In this document: positions 60,463-64,000 of the stretch, piece after piece
Position numbering within the stretch: the stretch's first letter is position 1
Layout of the letters: the number at the start of each line of letters is the position of its first letter
From: Verrucomicrobiaceae bacterium
Lineage (GTDB): Bacteria > Verrucomicrobiota > Verrucomicrobiia > Verrucomicrobiales > V1-33
Direction of reading: 5' to 3'
Assembly: GCA_027483175.1 (NCBI GenBank)
Contig: JAIXVE010000265.1
Span: 6,530-70,529 of the forward strand
Length of the DNA: 64,000 bases
Made by a program: the position numbers and the translations under genes
The notes under the pieces: model-generated
Database searches by the model: none
What the model was told of the DNA's origin: nothing
What the model saw: only the letters and a program-made list of their open reading frames with translations

Positions 60463-62427
60463 ATGAATGGAGCGATTGATCCTCGGAGACTGCGAAGCGG
60501 CGTGGTGCGGCGATCAGGGCTGGCTGTGGGGTTGGTGGTGGTGGGATGTGGATTGGTGGCGACGGGTTGGGCGATGGAGGAAGCGGAGGTGAGGCCGGTG
60601 CTGGAGGCGTATTGTTTCAAGTGTCACAGTGAGCGGAAGGCGGAGGGCGGGATCAGTTTCGGGGAGTTTGGGGGGGCGCTGGATGTGTGGCGGTCGAGGA
60701 AGGAGTGGGTGCGAGTCAGGGATGCGATTGATGGGGGGAGGATGCCCCCTGAGGAGGCGAAGGAGTTGCCGGTGGGGGTGCGGGCGGGGCTTTCCGAGTG
60801 GATTGGGAGAACGCTAGCGGATGTTGATGTGAGCCGACTGCCGGTGGATCCGGGGCATGTGGTGCCGAGGCGGCTGAACCGGACGGAGTATGGGTATACG
60901 GTGAGCGACCTGTTCGGGATTGAGTCGGTGGCGTTCGTGGGGCTGCCGGAGGATCAGGTATCGGAGGGAGGTTTTGACAATGAGGCGGCGACGCTGGCGG
61001 TGCAGCCGTTAGTGATTGAGAAGTTTCTGGAAGTGGCGGATGCGGTGGTGGCGGAAGTGTGGGGTGATCGGGCGGCGCTGGAGCGATTGGTTTTCGAGAA
61101 ACCGCCGGGGGGAGGTGAGCTGGCGGCGAAGGATTTCGAGATGGGGGAAGGCGACAGGTGGAATGAGATGGAGGCGGCGCGGCGGGTGCTGGGGCGGTTT
61201 CTTGGGCAGGCGTTCCGGCGGGAGGTGGGGGAGGAGGAAGTGGAGCGCTATCATTTGTTGTTTCGGGGGGCGAGGGAGGCGGGGGATGATTATGTGACGG
61301 CGATGAGGTTGCCGGTGAGGGCGGCGCTGGTGTCGCCTGCGTTTCTGTTCCGGACGGAGGAAGTGCAGACGGCTGGGGGGGAGTACCGGGTGTCCGGTCG
61401 GGAACTGGCGAATCGGCTATCGTATTTTCTGTGGTTGAGCCTGCCGGACGAGCGACTGGCGGAGTTGGGGGCGCGGGGAGGGCTGGCGGATAAGCAGGTG
61501 TTGGACGCGGAAGTTGTGAGGATGCTGAAGGATCCGCGGTCGCAGCGGATGAGCCGGCATTTCGGGATGCAATGGCTGCGGATTGGGGGACTGGGTCAGA
61601 AGATCCGGCCGGACCGGGCGCTTTTTCCGCATACGGATGATGCGTTGCTTGAGGCGATGAAGGAGGAGAGCGTGTTGTTTATTGATTCGGTGTTCCGGGA
61701 GGATCGGCCGTTGAGGACCCTGCTGGAGGCGGACTATACTTTCGCCAATGAGCGGCTGGCTGCGCATTACGGAATGCGCGGGGTTACGGGCGAGGAAATG
61801 CGGAGGGTGAAATTTGATGGCGATGGAATGGGGCGTGGGGGCGTACTGACGCAGGCGAGTGTGCTGACGGTGACGTCGTCGCCACGGCGGTCGAGTCCGG
61901 TGTATCGCGGGAAGTGGATTCTGGATGTGGTGCTTGGGCAACCACCGCCGCCGCCGCCGCCGAATGTTCCGGCGCTGGGGGCTGCGGCCGAGAGAGGTGC
62001 GGGGAGCGTTAGGGAGGCGTTGAGCGCGCATCGAGCGGAGGCGGCCTGTGCCAGTTGTCATGACCGGATTGATCCGCTGGGATTTGCGCTGGAGGCCTTT
62101 GATGCGACGGGCAGATTGAGGGAGGGGGCAGTGGACAATGCGGGGGTGTTGCCGGATGGGAGCGCCTTCGAGGGGCATGATGGGCTGAAGGAGCTGCGGC
62201 GGACGAAGCGGGAAGGGGAGTTTGTGCGGCATTTTGCGAGCCGGCTGCTGGAATTTGCGTTAGGAAGGGAGTTGAGTTTTACTGATGAGCGGGCGCTGCA
62301 GACGATTCTGGCACGGGTGCGCGAGGCGGGTGGATCGTCGCAGGCGCTTGTGCGGGAGATTGTCTCGAGCTATCCCTTCCAGTACAGCAAACAACCGGAG
62401 ACCCCTGAGGGGAAGCAAACGCGATGA
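60463..62427 (+). CDS. DUF1592/DUF1588-family protein with an N-terminal planctomycete-type cytochrome c motif
   Basis: The ATG at 60463 is preceded by GGGAGG. A TM/signal segment GLAVGLVVVGCGLVATGWA and CFKCH (60613-60627) are present. Motifs are ...NRLSYFLW.S.PD..L..., ...HFG.QWL... and ...CASCHDRIDPLGFALE.FD..G..R. The stop overlaps the next ATG. Confidence 0.8.
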   Translation: MNGAIDPRRLRSGVVRRSGLAVGLVVVGCGLVATGWAMEEAEVRPVLEAYCFKCHSERKAEGGISFGEFGGALDVWRSRKEWVRVRDAIDGGRMPPEEAKELPVGVRAGLSEWIGRTLADVDVSRLPVDPGHVVPRRLNRTEYGYTVSDLFGIESVAFVGLPEDQVSEGGFDNEAATLAVQPLVIEKFLEVADAVVAEVWGDRAALERLVFEKPPGGGELAAKDFEMGEGDRWNEMEAARRVLGRFLGQAFRREVGEEEVERYHLLFRGAREAGDDYVTAMRLPVRAALVSPAFLFRTEEVQTAGGEYRVSGRELANRLSYFLWLSLPDERLAELGARGGLADKQVLDAEVVRMLKDPRSQRMSRHFGMQWLRIGGLGQKIRPDRALFPHTDDALLEAMKEESVLFIDSVFREDRPLRTLLEADYTFANERLAAHYGMRGVTGEEMRRVKFDGDGMGRGGVLTQASVLTVTSSPRRSSPVYRGKWILDVVLGQPPPPPPPNVPALGAAAERGAGSVREALSAHRAEAACASCHDRIDPLGFALEAFDATGRLREGAVDNAGVLPDGSAFEGHDGLKELRRTKREGEFVRHFASRLLEFALGRELSFTDERALQTILARVREAGGSSQALVREIVSSYPFQYSKQPETPEGKQTR

Positions 62428-63791
62428 GACACTGGCGGATATCGAGACGGACATTGTTGCGCGGGGCAGGGGCATCGCTGGCGCTGCCGATGCTTGAAGT
62501 GATGACGCCGGTATCGGCGCGTGCGGCGGCACGGCAGCGGCCGCCGGTGCGGCTGGGATGCATTTACCTGCCGAATGGGTCTCCTGAGAGTGCGTGGAAT
62601 GCGTCGGTGGATGGGGAAGGGAGGATGACTGCGATGGCAGAGAACATGCGGCCGTTTGAGCCATTCAGAGAAGACCTGCAGCTGGTGACGGGGTTGGAGT
62701 CGGAGGTGCGGGGGAGCCATCCGGCGGGTGGGGCGACGTGGCTGATCCGGCCTGCGCCGGAGGGAGACGGGATCAATGCGCGGACGGGGGTGGGTGGTGT
62801 TTCGATGGATCAGATTGCGGCGCGGGCGATTGGTGGTGGGACGATGCTGTCGTCGCTGGAGCTGATCATGAAGCCGGAGGGGAGCTTTTCGAGTGACATC
62901 CTGCGTAATAACATTTCGTGGAGCACGCCGACAACGCCTGTGCCGAGGGAGACGGAGCCACTGGCGGTGTTCCGGCGGCTGACGAGGGAGGGCGGAGGGG
63001 CGGTTGGGGCGGCTGGGGCGGCGAGGGATGACCGGAAGACGATTCTCGACACTGTGCTGGAGGATGCGAAGAGGCTGCGGGCGAAAGTGAGTAGTGCGGA
63101 CCGGGACAAACTGGACGAGTATTTCGAGTCGGTGCGTGAAGTGGAGAAGCGGCTGGCGATGACCCGTGAGGATTCGCAGAGTCAGCGGCGGGCGATGCTG
63201 GCGGGTGCAGCGGCTCCGCCGGGTGGTTATCCGGAGAATCACCAAGTTTACATGCGACTGATGTTCGACATGATGGTGCTAGCGTACTGGACGGATTCGA
63301 CCCGCGTGGCGAGTTTCATGCTAGATCACGAGCAGAGCAATCGGTATTTTGATTTCATACCGGATGTTAGAGGGATGTGGCATGCGCTTTCTCACTGGGG
63401 CGATGCGTCAGGGAAGACGGAGGATGACGATGGGCGAACCTCGTGGACGTCAAAGGAGGTGAAGCGGCAGCAGTACCTCAAGGTGATTCATTACCATCAC
63501 GAGCAGGTGGCGTATTTTCTCGGGAGATTGAAGTCGATCCGTGAGGGAGAGGGGACCCTGCTGGATAATAGTGTGATTCTATATGGGTCGCCGTTTGAGG
63601 ACGGGAACCGGCATGCGTCCAAGCGGGTTCCGGTGATGGTGGCGGGCAGGGCGGGCGGCAGGCTGAGGACGGGAAGGCAGTTGAGTTATGACGGGCAACC
63701 GCGCGAAGGGATTTATCTCAGCATTCTTGATGCGCTGGGCGCGCATGTGGAGAAGATGGGGAACACGGACAAGGCGCTGTCGATTGCGTGA
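62424..63791 (+). CDS. DUF1552-family protein with a twin-arginine signal
   Basis: MRHWRISRRTLLRGAGASLALPML is a Tat motif. ...LSSLEL..., ...DRDKLDEYFESVREVEKRL... and ...GNRH....PV.VAG.AGG match the family. The ATGA overlap couples it to the DUF1592 gene. Confidence 0.85.
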   Translation: MRHWRISRRTLLRGAGASLALPMLEVMTPVSARAAARQRPPVRLGCIYLPNGSPESAWNASVDGEGRMTAMAENMRPFEPFREDLQLVTGLESEVRGSHPAGGATWLIRPAPEGDGINARTGVGGVSMDQIAARAIGGGTMLSSLELIMKPEGSFSSDILRNNISWSTPTTPVPRETEPLAVFRRLTREGGGAVGAAGAARDDRKTILDTVLEDAKRLRAKVSSADRDKLDEYFESVREVEKRLAMTREDSQSQRRAMLAGAAAPPGGYPENHQVYMRLMFDMMVLAYWTDSTRVASFMLDHEQSNRYFDFIPDVRGMWHALSHWGDASGKTEDDDGRTSWTSKEVKRQQYLKVIHYHHEQVAYFLGRLKSIREGEGTLLDNSVILYGSPFEDGNRHASKRVPVMVAGRAGGRLRTGRQLSYDGQPREGIYLSILDALGAHVEKMGNTDKALSIA

Positions 63792-63796
63792 GCGCG

Positions 63797-63825
63797 GAGA
63801 AGTGAGAAGTGAGAAAGGGAGCGGA
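63797..63825. repeat. Isolated copy of the GAAGTGAGAAGTGAGAAAGGG module
   Basis: GGAGAAGTGAGAAGTGAGAAAGGGAGCGG matches 23257-23280 and, in variant form, 26029-26063. It lies between convergent genes. Confidence 0.6.
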
Positions 63826-63840
63826 AGGGGTGTAGGAGAG

Positions 63841-64000
63841 TTAGGCGGGCGAGAGGCAGTGGGTGGCGATGACGCGGGGGAGGAGGGCGCGTTCGGCGGC
63901 GTTGATTTTGGGGCGGAGGGAGGCTGGGGTTTCGTCCGGGGCGATGGGGACGGATTCCTGGGCGAGGATGGGGTTGGAGCCGTCGGAGGTGACGAGGTGG
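63841..64000 (-). CDS. 3' end of an unidentified gene that runs off the right edge
   Basis: Manual minus-strand translation gives ...HLVTSDGSNPILAQESVPIAPDETPASLRPKINAAERALLPRVIATHCLSPA*, with the stop at 63841-63843. G/C-rich third positions are consistent with coding. I did not recognise a family. Confidence 0.4.
   Translation of the reverse strand, partial: HLVTSDGSNPILAQESVPIAPDETPASLRPKINAAERALLPRVIATHCLSPA

Overview
This is a GC-rich bacterial chromosomal segment with a strong G/C preference at codon position 3. As a result, the six-frame track is full of long Arg/Pro/Ala/Ser-rich shadow ORFs, which I reject. The gene content suggests the PVC superphylum, probably Verrucomicrobiota (inference only): a DUF1592/DUF1552 pair, several planctomycete-type CxxCH proteins, an RsmH with a basic N-terminal extension, and giant LTD-CotH proteins. 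I can support 37 protein-coding genes (2 truncated by the window edges), one tRNA-Met(CAT), several hairpin terminators, and a family of dispersed GC-rich hairpin repeats. I saw no rRNA, CRISPR array, transposase, integrase or phage genes. Housekeeping genes are lpxK, thrB, hisF, hemB, rpsB-tsf, two cyclophilins, prolyl oligopeptidase, a dGTPase-like gene, yebC, mnmA, araB and rsmH. The most striking content is five very large multidomain proteins with Sec signal peptides (1327, 848, 3254, 1838 and 2247 aa), which cover about 45% of the window by coordinates. (1) A double C-type-lectin/PA14-like protein. (2) A jelly-roll protein transcribed divergently from it. (3-5) A contiguous block at 31583-55529 holding two LTD-CotH giants and a metzincin with 8 Calx-beta repeats, interrupted only by araB. 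All five end in a related C-terminal tail with a final [FY][FYLW]R[VL] strand, which I flag as a candidate sorting domain. Other points of interest are an LRR gene bracketed by direct composite repeats next to the tRNA, a roughly 640 bp repeat-rich noncoding region, and a redoxin/cytochrome c/copper-monooxygenase/EF-hand fusion. All domain calls come from motif recognition by eye. No HMM, BLAST or folding computation was run.
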